Positions 1-10,278 are shown, counted from the first letter of the stretch. The stretch is DNA of 64,000 nucleotides from Desulfomonilaceae bacterium (GCA_041662605.1 JBAZSD010000012.1:38788-102787); one strand, 5' to 3'. Translations and numbers: made by a program. The notes: generated from the letters alone by a model not told the origin.

Positions 1-901
1 TTAAAAAGGCGTGCGATGCGCTGGGCAATGATACGCTAATCTGGTTAAGAACCGCATCCCTCCAATGGAATAGAGAGACCATCCAGGGAAACGAGAAATC
101 GGGGAGCTTTTGATCCAATTGATACCAATAATCATACTTGGCCAGTTCCTTCATGAATTTGGGATCATCAAGTTTATGAATATCGTCAATAGATTGTATC
201 GGATTAGGCACAAGAATTAATTTACCATCTTTCTTAACGAAGATTGGCTTGGTAAGTTTCAAAGGATCATTGTAGGTATAAAAGGGTCGATATATATTGA
301 CGACACGATTTATATTTTCCGGTAAAATACATAACATGACTATTTTTGTATGAATCTGATTTTGAAGTTCATGTTTCAGGACCGCCTGGTCAGTTCCGTA
401 TCCACCGACTCCGAAATTGAGAACATTCTGATTCAGTCTTTTTGCCAGGAACGTCTGCCAGGTACAATCGTCTCTGGCATTGGCGCAATAGGTGAATGAA
501 TCTCCATAAGTCGCCATGAGAGTATTTTGATACGAAGTGCAAGTAAGCCTCTCCCCCAAGGATCCATGATGGTAGGTTATGTTATCGATATCCTGGTAGA
601 TTATATCAGGAGGATAGTCCCATCCCAGGGATGAGTGAAACATCCTGGAACCAGCGACTGAAAATTTGTTTCTATCTTTGAGGACATTGGCGGTGGAAAC
701 GATTTGTGGTTGGGTTTCAGGATTTAGCTTCCTTTGATTCAACTGAAACTCCACGCTCCTTTCCCCGAGTCTTCCAGTTATCCTGCTGGGTATGGTTTTT
801 TTGAGCAAGACATATGAAGAAACTTCTAAAACCACAAGTAGGGGCACGAAGGCTATTATCCAGTATATTATAGTTTTTGTGGGATTTGGTTTGCTGTCCA
901 A
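1..901 (-). CDS. Membrane-anchored SGNH/GDSL-like hydrolase or acyl-esterase (partial; C-terminus runs off the window at position 1)
   Basis: Absent from the ORF track because no stop lies inside the window. My own minus-strand translation is open for 300 codons from TTG 901-899, which is preceded by AGGAGAAAGG (Shine-Dalgarno). It has an N-terminal TM helix (IIYWIIAFVPLLVVL), an SGNH block-I-like TYGDSFTYC and a block-II-like NFGVGGYGTDQ. Confidence 0.55.
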   Translation of the reverse strand, partial: MDSKPNPTKTIIYWIIAFVPLLVVLEVSSYVLLKKTIPSRITGRLGERSVEFQLNQRKLNPETQPQIVSTANVLKDRNKFSVAGSRMFHSSLGWDYPPDIIYQDIDNITYHHGSLGERLTCTSYQNTLMATYGDSFTYCANARDDCTWQTFLAKRLNQNVLNFGVGGYGTDQAVLKHELQNQIHTKIVMLCILPENINRVVNIYRPFYTYNDPLKLTKPIFVKKDGKLILVPNPIQSIDDIHKLDDPKFMKELAKYDYWYQLDQKLPDFSFPWMVSLFHWRDAVLNQISVSLPSASHAFL

Positions 902-999
902 GCCTTTCTCCTAAAGACTTTCTTGATTATCAAGTCCTATTTGCCCACATAGAATTACTCTTTGCGGTGAGACCCTAATGATACCGGAATTTCCGGAGG

Positions 1000-2733
1000 T
1001 CACAGGGCTGGTTCCGTTAATAAATGCACAAAATACTGCCGGGTTCCAGGTACTTTGTTCCAACCTTCATCAAGGAGCCCAATAAATTCGGGTTGCTTTA
1101 CCACCACAGCTTTGAGGCCAATTTTCTTCAAGGAATTCAGCGCATCCTCCCTTTTCTGAGCTGTGTTTTCCAGGAAACCCTGGACATCCATGATTTCGCC
1201 AACCACCCTTACTCCAGCCATTCTTGCCCAATAAAGTTTGCAGTTGACAGGATAAAATATCGCAATTCGATCATGTTTACCCAATCCATTAGAGTTCAAA
1301 TAGTCTTTCAAAGCTGACATTTCCATAAAAGTCCCACGATGAGAAATCTTGGCGCCAGAGTCATTCAATGCTCTGTGACTTTGATCCAAGACGAAGCCAA
1401 TTATCATTCCCACCATAAAAGCGACCACCAAAACCGCTTCAAACATGACAGCGTTACATTTGCCGAAGTCTGAGAATTTGTATTCTGGAGCGAAGACGAG
1501 AGCTGTAAAACCCAGAAATAGAAATGCGGCTACGTAACGTATTTCCATTGAAACCAGGCAATATATTCCCGTACCCGCAAGGCAAAGAAGAATGAGCGTC
1601 AGTAAAACAGAAGGAGGGCGAATTCTTGGAATAGAAAATTGAGCGTTTCTGAACTGAGCGAAAAACCATATCAGCATGACCAGCGTAGGCCCCCAGATCT
1701 GGGCCACAAGGTCAAAAAAATTTCTCACGATGGCTTTGAATTGCGTCTTCAGTTTTAGAACCGGCTTTATGCCCAAGGCCCAGTACGCAGGATCACCATG
1801 TGGAAATGTTGACAGTGTTCCCTCGTCATAGACCAAGACGTCAGGGTCACTATGTACCAGTCTTGGCAAATGAACAGGGCTTCCTTCCCCAGCTACATAG
1901 TAGGTGTAATTGTAGCTTCCAACCTCACCAATTGAGAGATGGCCGGCTTTTAATGACTGGGAGATCACCACGGGTGAACTCACTATTAGCATCACACCTA
2001 CCGAGAGCAATATTCTCGGAATCGCCTTTCTCAAAGAACTGCAATATAGGCTGGCGAGAGCGAAGAAAATCGCTGAAAACGGGAAAAAGAACGTCTTGCA
2101 AATGTAACCAAGGCCTGCTGATAAACCCAAACATGCGAAATTGAAAAACGCATCGGGTGATCGCTTGATATTCAGGACGGCCACGAGGGACAATAACACA
2201 AAGGTGAATATCAGGATGTCGGGAGCTACAATCTGAATCCTTACCCATATCAAGGACGCAACGAGAAAAAGCGAAAAACAAACCGCCTTCATAACATGGG
2301 GCGGCAAAACAGTTCTCCCTCTCCCGACGTCAATTTCGTCTTTCAATCGATTAATAAACAAATTGCAGGCCGCCATCGCTGTTACAAAAAGGACGAAATT
2401 TAGAAACTTTACTACAAATAATTCGTTCAGGACTGTTGAAGGAACTAAAGACTCAAAGATGGCCAACAGAATTGAATAACCCGGGGAATATCCCAGAAGA
2501 ACAGATTCCTTCCACAATCCTTTACGAAAGGCCTCAGCCATGTCCATGTACGCAATCGCGTCGCCGTTTACATAATGTCTTGTGGTATAGGCCAAAATCC
2601 CGCCGGCCAACAGGCCAAATACCCAAAACCCTATGCGCACCCTTGCGTTCCATAGCCTGGGGTCCGCAACTATGTTGTTAAATCGCGATACGGCGTCAGC
2701 CCAACTCATTGTGGAGTCTTTCCTTTTGACCAT
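1000..2733 (-). CDS. GT-C fold (ArnT/PMT-like) integral-membrane glycosyltransferase, tandem paralogue A
   Basis: ORF 1000..2790. Many hydrophobic segments (at least 10 by eye) are followed by a roughly 110-aa soluble C-terminal domain. The loop-1 motif YVNGDAIAYMDMAEAF resembles the acidic first-loop motif of GT-C enzymes. It is a clear paralogue of 2742..4430. I set the start at Met20 (MVKRKD, 2733) to avoid a 49-nt overlap with the upstream gene; 2790 or 2709 are also possible. Confidence 0.7.
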   Translation of the reverse strand: MVKRKDSTMSWADAVSRFNNIVADPRLWNARVRIGFWVFGLLAGGILAYTTRHYVNGDAIAYMDMAEAFRKGLWKESVLLGYSPGYSILLAIFESLVPSTVLNELFVVKFLNFVLFVTAMAACNLFINRLKDEIDVGRGRTVLPPHVMKAVCFSLFLVASLIWVRIQIVAPDILIFTFVLLSLVAVLNIKRSPDAFFNFACLGLSAGLGYICKTFFFPFSAIFFALASLYCSSLRKAIPRILLSVGVMLIVSSPVVISQSLKAGHLSIGEVGSYNYTYYVAGEGSPVHLPRLVHSDPDVLVYDEGTLSTFPHGDPAYWALGIKPVLKLKTQFKAIVRNFFDLVAQIWGPTLVMLIWFFAQFRNAQFSIPRIRPPSVLLTLILLCLAGTGIYCLVSMEIRYVAAFLFLGFTALVFAPEYKFSDFGKCNAVMFEAVLVVAFMVGMIIGFVLDQSHRALNDSGAKISHRGTFMEMSALKDYLNSNGLGKHDRIAIFYPVNCKLYWARMAGVRVVGEIMDVQGFLENTAQKREDALNSLKKIGLKAVVVKQPEFIGLLDEGWNKVPGTRQYFVHLLTEPAL

Positions 2734-2741
2734 GGATAAGC

Positions 2742-4430
2742 CTAAAAAAGCATTGCCCAATATGTTTCGGTTCCCGGCACATGCAACCATCCTTCAACAG
2801 CGAGTTTTTGCCATTCTTTTCCTTGGGCTATTACTGCGCCGATTCCTTCTTTTTTCAATAGAGTCAAATACATTGAACGATCTGCTTTTGAAGAATCGAG
2901 AAACTTTTCAGCATCCTCAATTTCGCCCATAACTCTGACCCGTGCCATTCTGGCCCATTGTATTGGTGGGCTGCCGACAACCGCAACATGATTTCCTGGA
3001 ACTACTCCGCGCTCCGCCAGGAACTTACTCACCGTCATCTCATCCGAATATGCCTTTTGGTAGGACGATTTCCCATCATGAAACGACAGCCCCCTTTTGG
3101 CTTCGTCAAGCGTGTATTCCAAAACAGCTCCGAACAGGAATAATACTAGGGCGAGAATCCCCAGTTCACTTGTCCCAAGTTTCCAGAAAACCTTTTTATG
3201 TTTTCCCTGGCGCATACCGGAGATCAAGCCGGCCGATCCGACGAACAGGGACGGGCCTATATATCGGGGTTCCATGGAGATCAGAGCGAACAAGAACATC
3301 CCCGATAACGATGTCAACAGAAACAAAATTTGCAGACTCACAGGACAGGTTCGGCCAATTACAAATGATCCCAAATATATTTGAAATAGGGCCCAAATCA
3401 GAATCGCCAGCACCCAGTGTGATTGAGCAGGGATTTCCAACAGATTCTGTAAAAATAATTTGAAATGCTCATAATAATTATATTTTGGAACTATTCCTAT
3501 AGTCCAGTAAGTGACATCAAACGTAAAGGGTCTTGTGCAGATGGTACCATAATCATAGATTACGACCTTGGGTTCATTCTGGAGAATTTTCCCCTGATGG
3601 ACAGGAGCGCCTTGTCCGCCAATCAATTTGGTGTACACATGGCGTCCACCCTCTCCGTATGAAAAACCTCCTTTTTTTAAATACAATCCGGTCAATAAAG
3701 GGCCGGTTATTATAAGATAAAACAACATGGCGACTGCGATCCGCGTGATGGCTTTACGTAATGAACCAACGCAAAACCCTGTCATAAGCAAGAAAAGAGG
3801 CGCGAGAAGAAACATGAAGGCTTTGGCCATATAACCCAAGCCCAGCAAGATTCCCAGAAAAATGAACCTGGAATGGGGCGTTGGATTCTCCCGTATCCAC
3901 AGGATAATAGATAGGATCAGAAGTATAAGGCAGAATACCAACATATCCGGATTTATCAGCCTCAATCTGACGGATACCAGTGAAGTGACCAGAAAAATCG
4001 AATACAAAACGGTTTGAACCCAGATCCAGTCAAGTGGTCTATCCCCGGAATTTACAACGGCCGTATGCTCATGTTTCAAAAACCGCAGGAATATCTCGAG
4101 CGCTCCAATAGTTGCAATAAATATTAAATAATTTAATAGCTTGGCCCAAAGAATCTCGTTGAATGGATTGAGTTGGAGTAAACTTTGGAAAAGAACGAAC
4201 AGCAAACCGTACAAAGGACTGAAAGTAAAATTCGCCGCATCATACCAGTCAAATTGTCTAATCGCCTCACCGATTTCGATATAGGCTATTGCGTCATTGT
4301 TTATAAAAAAACGACTGGTATAAGCATTGATTGCAGCAAGCATGAGCGCGGCCACCCAAAAAAATATACGAACCTGAGTTTCTCTGATGTGATCATCAAT
4401 AGAGTTCCCACACTTCACTACAGCAGGCAA
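2742..4430 (-). CDS. GT-C fold (ArnT/PMT-like) integral-membrane glycosyltransferase, tandem paralogue B
   Basis: ORF 2742..4430 (562 aa). The TTG start has AAGGAG 8 nt upstream. The loop-1 motif is FINNDAIAYIEIGEAI. The C-terminal soluble domain shares WARMARVRVMGEIED and EGWxxVPGT with paralogue A. Confidence 0.7.
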   Translation of the reverse strand: MPAVVKCGNSIDDHIRETQVRIFFWVAALMLAAINAYTSRFFINNDAIAYIEIGEAIRQFDWYDAANFTFSPLYGLLFVLFQSLLQLNPFNEILWAKLLNYLIFIATIGALEIFLRFLKHEHTAVVNSGDRPLDWIWVQTVLYSIFLVTSLVSVRLRLINPDMLVFCLILLILSIILWIRENPTPHSRFIFLGILLGLGYMAKAFMFLLAPLFLLMTGFCVGSLRKAITRIAVAMLFYLIITGPLLTGLYLKKGGFSYGEGGRHVYTKLIGGQGAPVHQGKILQNEPKVVIYDYGTICTRPFTFDVTYWTIGIVPKYNYYEHFKLFLQNLLEIPAQSHWVLAILIWALFQIYLGSFVIGRTCPVSLQILFLLTSLSGMFLFALISMEPRYIGPSLFVGSAGLISGMRQGKHKKVFWKLGTSELGILALVLFLFGAVLEYTLDEAKRGLSFHDGKSSYQKAYSDEMTVSKFLAERGVVPGNHVAVVGSPPIQWARMARVRVMGEIEDAEKFLDSSKADRSMYLTLLKKEGIGAVIAQGKEWQKLAVEGWLHVPGTETYWAMLF

Positions 4431-4561
4431 AAAGGGCTCCTTTAGGCAACTCGATGGAAATTTGGAGGTATTAGCATTATTCGTTCCGACGCTATTTAAC
4501 AGTAGGGTCGATAATTTTCTCCAAGTTTGCTACTACTAACCTACCATAAAAAAACGTTTTC

Positions 4562-4589
4562 TTGACCACCCATTGAGCTTGTGCATAAA
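4562..4589 (+). promoter_or_regulatory. Candidate sigma70 promoter for the GAF-protein gene
   Basis: TTGACC (4562-4567), 16-nt spacer, CATAAA (4584-4589), about 60 nt upstream of ATG 4652. This is a pattern match only. Confidence 0.3.
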
Positions 4590-4651
4590 TGCGAACCACT
4601 AAGAATAAACATGAGACCCCTAAGAAAAAGGAAATCCGGAGGAGGGCGAGG

Positions 4652-7012
4652 ATGAAAGAACAACAACAATTTCCATTCAAAACTGTCTTGAGTCTTAAGC
4701 CTCTGATCGATTTCTGGAACAGGACGATCACGTCTTCGGACGCGTCATGGGGGCTTTCTCAGGACGAACTCAATTCAAGGCTGGAGGAGGCTCAAGAACT
4801 GCTGGAGCCGATCACGGATTTCTCAGCCCTCGAACGCCATCAACCCGTAATCAAGACACTTATGTCCGCCGTGTTCCCTAGAGCATTCTGGGAGGCGCAA
4901 GTCGCTGGCGCGTTTATACCATTCCAGTTAAGGCCTTTTTTCGTTTCGCCTTTACTGAAGAAAAAGTTTCTTAACAATGATGGGTCGATAAAGGGCAGAC
5001 CGTTTCCTGATGAAGAGGCTTACAACAGGGACAGGATTTTGAAAGCCTACCTGATGGTTTTGAAAAAATTTTACGATATTGATTCTGATCTTGATTTACC
5101 TTTGATCAGAATAGTCCCCGATCCGGATACAGGTTTGGACAGGTATTACAAAATTATCACGCAGACAAAATTTGTTGAGCCGCACAGTCCAACTCCCGTT
5201 CGAGATTTGACAGAGGACGAGAGATCCAAAATCAGGGAGAACATTTTGGATCTTGAATCTCTGGGACGTATTATCCAGATTGAGAATTTCGAATTTCACG
5301 GATTTGTTGTTGTATACGCTCTCGAGATTACTACTAGCTCGGTCATATCGGCACTGGAAAGCGATCTCATTGACAGCGGCTCTATAGCCTGCGGTTCAGG
5401 TCTAGCCCGTTTGGAAAATCGTTTGCGGACACTTTTGGGGGTGCCTGACCTTAGGGCGGACCTCATGGCTTTTGACGGCGATGAGGCGATAATCCTCAAA
5501 GACAGAGTTTCGGGAGAGGAGAGCCACTTTTTTTCCTTGTCAAAGCGTTTATCCCTGAAAGATTTCTCTGGCTCAAAATTGGATGAAGTAATCCAGGAAG
5601 GCAAGATAGTCACAATTTCGGATCTTGAAACTGCCGCGTCAGAACAAATATCGGAATCCAAATTTGTCGCCGGCGACACCCGGTCCTGGTTGGCCGCTCC
5701 GCTCACATACTGCGGCCGGAATATAGGTGTTCTTAACCTTACATCTCCTCACCCTGCTGAATTTGGAATTTCCCAATCACTTTTGGTAAAGGAAATTTTA
5801 CCTATTTTTTCTGTGGCTCTTAAGAGATCTTTGGATGAATTTAATTCGACCATAGAGAAAACCATCAAGGAAAAATGCACAGCCATTCATCCGTCAGTGG
5901 AATGGCGGTTCCGGAAAGCCGCAATCCAAAGTCTGGAAAGCTTTGAAGATGGCTCTGTTGGAGATTTCACTCCAGTAGTGTTCGAGAATGTTCATGTTTT
6001 GTACGCCGCTGCGGATATCAAAGGGTCGTCCGAAATCAGGAATCGAAGCATTCAGGCAGACCTGAGTGAACAACTTCGGTTAGCCTTGGAAATAATTTCG
6101 ACGGCGCTTTCAAAAAAATCATTCCCAATCCTGGAAGAAGTGAGTCACCAAATTCTAGGGAGATTGAAAATAATATCCCAAGGAGTTACGACGGCCGATG
6201 AACAACCGATCGTGAACCTTGTGCAGATTGAAATAGAACCTCTTTTTCCGTTTTTAAGAACATTAGGTTCGGATTTGGCCAATCTGATTGACAAGTACCA
6301 GAGTCGACTGGATCCCGTTACGGCAACCATTTTCCAGGAACGTCGGGAGTTTCAGGAAAGTGTCGCTTTGTTGAACAGGAGGCTAGCATTATACCTCCAT
6401 GGTGAACAGAACTTGGCTCAATCTATTTTCCCCCATTTTTTTGACAAACATCAGACCGATGGTGTTGATTATGTAGTTTATCTTGGGGAGTCAATGATCG
6501 AGAAAATGAAGTTCAGTGATGTTTATGTCAAAAATCTTCGTTTGTGGCAGTTGATAGTGTGTTGTGGGATGGCCTGGATCACTACTGACGTTCGGTCTGA
6601 ACTGAAGGTTCCACTCGATGTTACTCATCTGATACTCGTAACCTATACCCCAATTTCAATAAGATTTCGTTTTGATGAGAAAAGGTTCGATGTTGACGGA
6701 GCATATAACATTGGCCATGAGATTATTCGATCCAGAATAGACAAAGCGACCGTCAAAATAAACAATGACCGCCTTACTCAGCCCGATAGAATCGCTATAG
6801 TTTATTCTAGGCCCGAAGAGGCCATGGAGATGAGGAGACACATTTCTTATCTGCAGGATAACGATTTCCTTTTGGATGACCTGGAATATGTCGAACTGAA
6901 TGATCTCCCCGGCGTCCAGGGACTTAGAGCCATGAGAGTCGGCGTGAACGTGCAGTCATCGAAGATTGCCGAAAGAGTAGCTTCAACGCTGGGGCATGAA
7001 GTGACTATTTAG
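4652..7012 (+). CDS. Large GAF-domain protein with an uncharacterised C-terminal half
   Basis: ORF 4589..7012. Start chosen at ATG 4652 because GGAGG lies 6-10 nt upstream. The central region looks like a GAF domain (SWLAAPLTYCGRNIGVLNLTSPHPAEF). I see no HisKA, GGDEF, EAL, HD or Walker motifs in the remaining roughly 400 aa. Confidence 0.55.
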   Translation: MKEQQQFPFKTVLSLKPLIDFWNRTITSSDASWGLSQDELNSRLEEAQELLEPITDFSALERHQPVIKTLMSAVFPRAFWEAQVAGAFIPFQLRPFFVSPLLKKKFLNNDGSIKGRPFPDEEAYNRDRILKAYLMVLKKFYDIDSDLDLPLIRIVPDPDTGLDRYYKIITQTKFVEPHSPTPVRDLTEDERSKIRENILDLESLGRIIQIENFEFHGFVVVYALEITTSSVISALESDLIDSGSIACGSGLARLENRLRTLLGVPDLRADLMAFDGDEAIILKDRVSGEESHFFSLSKRLSLKDFSGSKLDEVIQEGKIVTISDLETAASEQISESKFVAGDTRSWLAAPLTYCGRNIGVLNLTSPHPAEFGISQSLLVKEILPIFSVALKRSLDEFNSTIEKTIKEKCTAIHPSVEWRFRKAAIQSLESFEDGSVGDFTPVVFENVHVLYAAADIKGSSEIRNRSIQADLSEQLRLALEIISTALSKKSFPILEEVSHQILGRLKIISQGVTTADEQPIVNLVQIEIEPLFPFLRTLGSDLANLIDKYQSRLDPVTATIFQERREFQESVALLNRRLALYLHGEQNLAQSIFPHFFDKHQTDGVDYVVYLGESMIEKMKFSDVYVKNLRLWQLIVCCGMAWITTDVRSELKVPLDVTHLILVTYTPISIRFRFDEKRFDVDGAYNIGHEIIRSRIDKATVKINNDRLTQPDRIAIVYSRPEEAMEMRRHISYLQDNDFLLDDLEYVELNDLPGVQGLRAMRVGVNVQSSKIAERVASTLGHEVTI

Positions 7013-7063
7013 CCTTATCATTCAACATTTCTACGGACCCCTTGGATCAGGTAAGCTCAGGGC

Positions 7064-8251
7064 TTGAGAATTCTAGACAGATACGTGTTTCGCGAAGTAA
7101 GTGTCTCCTTCTTGTTTTGCTTCGCAATCTTTCTAGTTACCGGAATGGTAGCCGGTTTCCTTCCAATTCTGCAAAAAGGGATGGAATCGGGTCTTGAGTT
7201 AACCTTCATATTGTTTCAGGCCCTTGTGAACGCATTTCCCAGCACTCTGGTAACCGTTGCCCCTCTTTCGATATCAGTAGGAGTGTTGCTCGGTTTGGGG
7301 AGGATGGCTTCAGACAATGAGATTTCTGCGATTAAATCCAGTGGCATATCGGTCATGCGACTCCTTCCTCCTGTTGTGACGCTGGGTTTCCTGGGGTTTA
7401 TCCTAAGCTTGATTTGCACGCTCATTTTAATACCAAAGGGTATCTCTGAGGGCAAACGTTTGATGAGAGAAGCGCTAACAAAGAGAATAGATGTTGGTAT
7501 AGAAGAACGAGTTTTTTTTGATGCGCTGAAAGACATGATTCTTTATGTGGACCAGATAGATTCATCCAACGGGTTGATGAAAGGTATATTTATAAGGGAG
7601 TCGACAAAACCGAATGATGTGACCACAATACTCGCCACCAAAGGTAAGATGACTAATGACCCTGAAGGCAAATCATTCATTATGGATTTGAGAGACGGTG
7701 TCATCCTAAAGGAAGACGCGAGAGGAGATTCGACCGGTAACTTAGCCTTCAAAAGCTATGTCTTCAAATATCCATTAACCCGGATGAGCCTTGAGAAAGA
7801 ACAAAAGTCTCTTGAGGAAATGTCAATTTCGGAGATTCGGAAGAAAATTAAGACAATCATGGCTCCGATAGAAAACGTCACGCCTCAAAACAAGGCCTTC
7901 CAAAAGAGAGCTGATATTTTTTCGAGAATTCTGATTCTTCAAAGATTTGTATATCCGTTTTCTTGTATAGCGCTTGCGCTCATATCTTTTCCAATTGGAT
8001 TGGTAAGCTTCGGGAAAAGTAAGCTTAACAATGTCTCTTTAGGACTGGTAGCCATATTCGCTTATTATGCTTTAACCCTGGCTGCGGAACGTGCAGCAAG
8101 ATCATATCTGATTTGTCCTGAACTCGCGATCCCCTTTCCACCAATGCTATTTGTCTTCCTGTCAATTTATCTCATGAACAAGGTTCGTCGGGAAAGCTTA
8201 CCGACAGCAGTGGTAATGGCTCAAAAGGTATTATCGAATTTGAGGCGGTAG
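7064..8251 (+). CDS. LPS export ABC transporter permease, LptF/LptG (YjgP/YjgQ) family
   Basis: TTG start. The N-terminus MRILDRYVFREV is typical of LptF/G. The layout is 3 TM segments, a periplasmic beta-jellyroll-sized insert, then 3 TM segments. I cannot tell F from G. Confidence 0.8.
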   Translation: MRILDRYVFREVSVSFLFCFAIFLVTGMVAGFLPILQKGMESGLELTFILFQALVNAFPSTLVTVAPLSISVGVLLGLGRMASDNEISAIKSSGISVMRLLPPVVTLGFLGFILSLICTLILIPKGISEGKRLMREALTKRIDVGIEERVFFDALKDMILYVDQIDSSNGLMKGIFIRESTKPNDVTTILATKGKMTNDPEGKSFIMDLRDGVILKEDARGDSTGNLAFKSYVFKYPLTRMSLEKEQKSLEEMSISEIRKKIKTIMAPIENVTPQNKAFQKRADIFSRILILQRFVYPFSCIALALISFPIGLVSFGKSKLNNVSLGLVAIFAYYALTLAAERAARSYLICPELAIPFPPMLFVFLSIYLMNKVRRESLPTAVVMAQKVLSNLRR

Positions 8252-8423
8252 CCAGTGATTAACTCTTATTACTGGAAAAAGCCAAACCATTTCCGTATCC
8301 TTCCACTGGTTAATTTATGTAGCGCAGCTATCATGTTTGTGTGAAGAAATTGTGGCGATCTCTTCACAAGCGCTATATCTGGGACATTATATCGAACCAG
8401 ATTCGTTTACGTTTATCTGAGCA

Positions 8424-9434
8424 ATGAAAGGTTTCGTTTGGAGTCGGGGCATGACAAGAGCTTTTAATGAATTGATTAAAATGGAATATACGCCTTGTGA
8501 TTTGTGCGGTTCAATGAACCATGAGATAATTTATTCGAAAATAGACCACGTTACGGGATTGGAATTCCATGTCGTTGAGTGTGAATGCGGGATGGTATTT
8601 GTAAATCCGATGCCGTCTGAAGAATGCACACGCTTGCTTTATCCCTCGGACTATCTAACCGAGAAACCTTTTCTAGGATCACTTTTTAGGGAAATGATCC
8701 GCCTGTTACCACCTATGCAGGAGGGTAGTAGGCGGTTGTTGGATGTTGGATGTGGAACGGGCCACTTCATAAAGTTCGCCTCCCAGGTAGGCTGGGATGC
8801 GGAGGGAGTAGATTTTGCAGACTGGGGAAGCTCTAAAAATGATGTCAAAATTCGATTGGGAAATTTTCCGAGCATGGACTATCCGGGAGAATCCTATAAT
8901 GTAATAACCTCATGGGCAGTATTGGAACACGTGAGATATCCTTCCCTATTCTTTCAGAAAATTGGAAAACTTCTGGATAAAGACGGAGCCTTTATTTTCA
9001 CCGTGCCAAACGTTTCGGCGCCGGGCATGAAGTTGTCCTGCGACGAAGACGTTCCTAGGCATCTTTGGCTCTTCACACCATCAACCACAAAAGATTATCT
9101 GCTCAAATATGGCATGCGCGTGGAGACGATTCTCCACAATGGAAAGGTCTACCGATCGTATCCGTTCGGGCTGTTAAGGTATGGCTGGCACGTTCTATTC
9201 GAGAAGAAAGATCCGGTTTGTTCAGTTTATCAGAATAAGTCGGTTGCTCTCCTCAGGAACCGGTCCGTAAGTGTGCATTATGGTGATTGGGTTAGGGATG
9301 TTTTGAGAACGGTTTCTCCGTTGGATATCGTCGTCGATGGATTAGATCTGGGGCTTGGTCTCATGTTGGCAAATCTATCCAAATGGACCAAAAACTATGG
9401 AGTGATAACCGTCATAGCTCGAAAACAGGAGTAA
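8424..9434 (+). CDS. Class I SAM-dependent methyltransferase with an N-terminal Cys4 zinc-ribbon
   Basis: SAM motif I LLDVGCGTGHF. N-terminal CDLCGS...VECECG. The alternative start ATG 8451 (MTRAFNE) is possible. Confidence 0.75.
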   Translation: MKGFVWSRGMTRAFNELIKMEYTPCDLCGSMNHEIIYSKIDHVTGLEFHVVECECGMVFVNPMPSEECTRLLYPSDYLTEKPFLGSLFREMIRLLPPMQEGSRRLLDVGCGTGHFIKFASQVGWDAEGVDFADWGSSKNDVKIRLGNFPSMDYPGESYNVITSWAVLEHVRYPSLFFQKIGKLLDKDGAFIFTVPNVSAPGMKLSCDEDVPRHLWLFTPSTTKDYLLKYGMRVETILHNGKVYRSYPFGLLRYGWHVLFEKKDPVCSVYQNKSVALLRNRSVSVHYGDWVRDVLRTVSPLDIVVDGLDLGLGLMLANLSKWTKNYGVITVIARKQE

Positions 9435-9490
9435 ATGGAGACATGCTTAGGAGGAACAGTCAAGACCAATTGAAATGGCATGTCCCTTAG

Positions 9491-10267
9491 CTAATAATTC
9501 TTAACAATCTTTACGAACGCTATTACGAAAAAAGTCAGGACCCCTGAAGAAACGGCGATTGCAGCGGGAGGATATTCAGCAAACATCTGCGAATATACCA
9601 CAAGGCAAAACAGTGACAAAGCCACTTCCAGGGACAGCGCAAAGCGAAAATAACTATTATCCATGGGAGGGGAATCCGGAACAAAAAATTCGATCCTGGG
9701 CCACCAAAACTCGCACAAGACTTCGTAAAGGATTAGAGCGACAATTATTCCCCAAACGACATCGTTCGGAAAATGCGCTCCTATAAAAATCCGCGACAGG
9801 CCGACAAGTGTGCCGAATAACAATAGACAAACTTTAAGCGCTCTGGATGAACTGAAATGGGCGATCGAAAGGGCAGTCGCAAACGCGGCGGCGCTGTGCC
9901 CCGACGGGAATGAACCAGACCTTAATACTGGACCGACAAAGTGAACCGCCCCCAACATCTCGGCGGGCCTGAGTTCGGGAACGATGGCTTTTATGAAATT
10001 TACCGTGATAGATGAGGAAAGTAGCAATAATAGGCCAAAAACAGTAATCCTTGGGTTTACAATGATGAACATTCCAAGGACAACACCCAGGAGCAAACCG
10101 TCTCCCATTGTTGTCATGGATACCCAGAAAGCGTCCGACAAATTAGAATGAAGCGAATTCAACTGTCCGAATAATTCAGTATTGTAAGCATTAATGAAGA
10201 AAGATGAGACGACAAGGGCTATTAAGAGGATAACTCGCGGCGGAACGATAAGATGTCTCTTTGACAT
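9491..10267 (-). CDS. PAP2-family (type 2 phosphatidic-acid/lipid phosphate) phosphatase
   Basis: All three PAP2 motifs are present: KAIVPELRP, PSGHS and SRIFIGAHFPNDV. It has 6 TM-like segments and lies 11 nt downstream of the GT-C gene at 10279..12018. Confidence 0.8.
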   Translation of the reverse strand: MSKRHLIVPPRVILLIALVVSSFFINAYNTELFGQLNSLHSNLSDAFWVSMTTMGDGLLLGVVLGMFIIVNPRITVFGLLLLLSSSITVNFIKAIVPELRPAEMLGAVHFVGPVLRSGSFPSGHSAAAFATALSIAHFSSSRALKVCLLLFGTLVGLSRIFIGAHFPNDVVWGIIVALILYEVLCEFWWPRIEFFVPDSPPMDNSYFRFALSLEVALSLFCLVVYSQMFAEYPPAAIAVSSGVLTFFVIAFVKIVKNY

Positions 10268-10278
10268 ATGCGGCTGAT

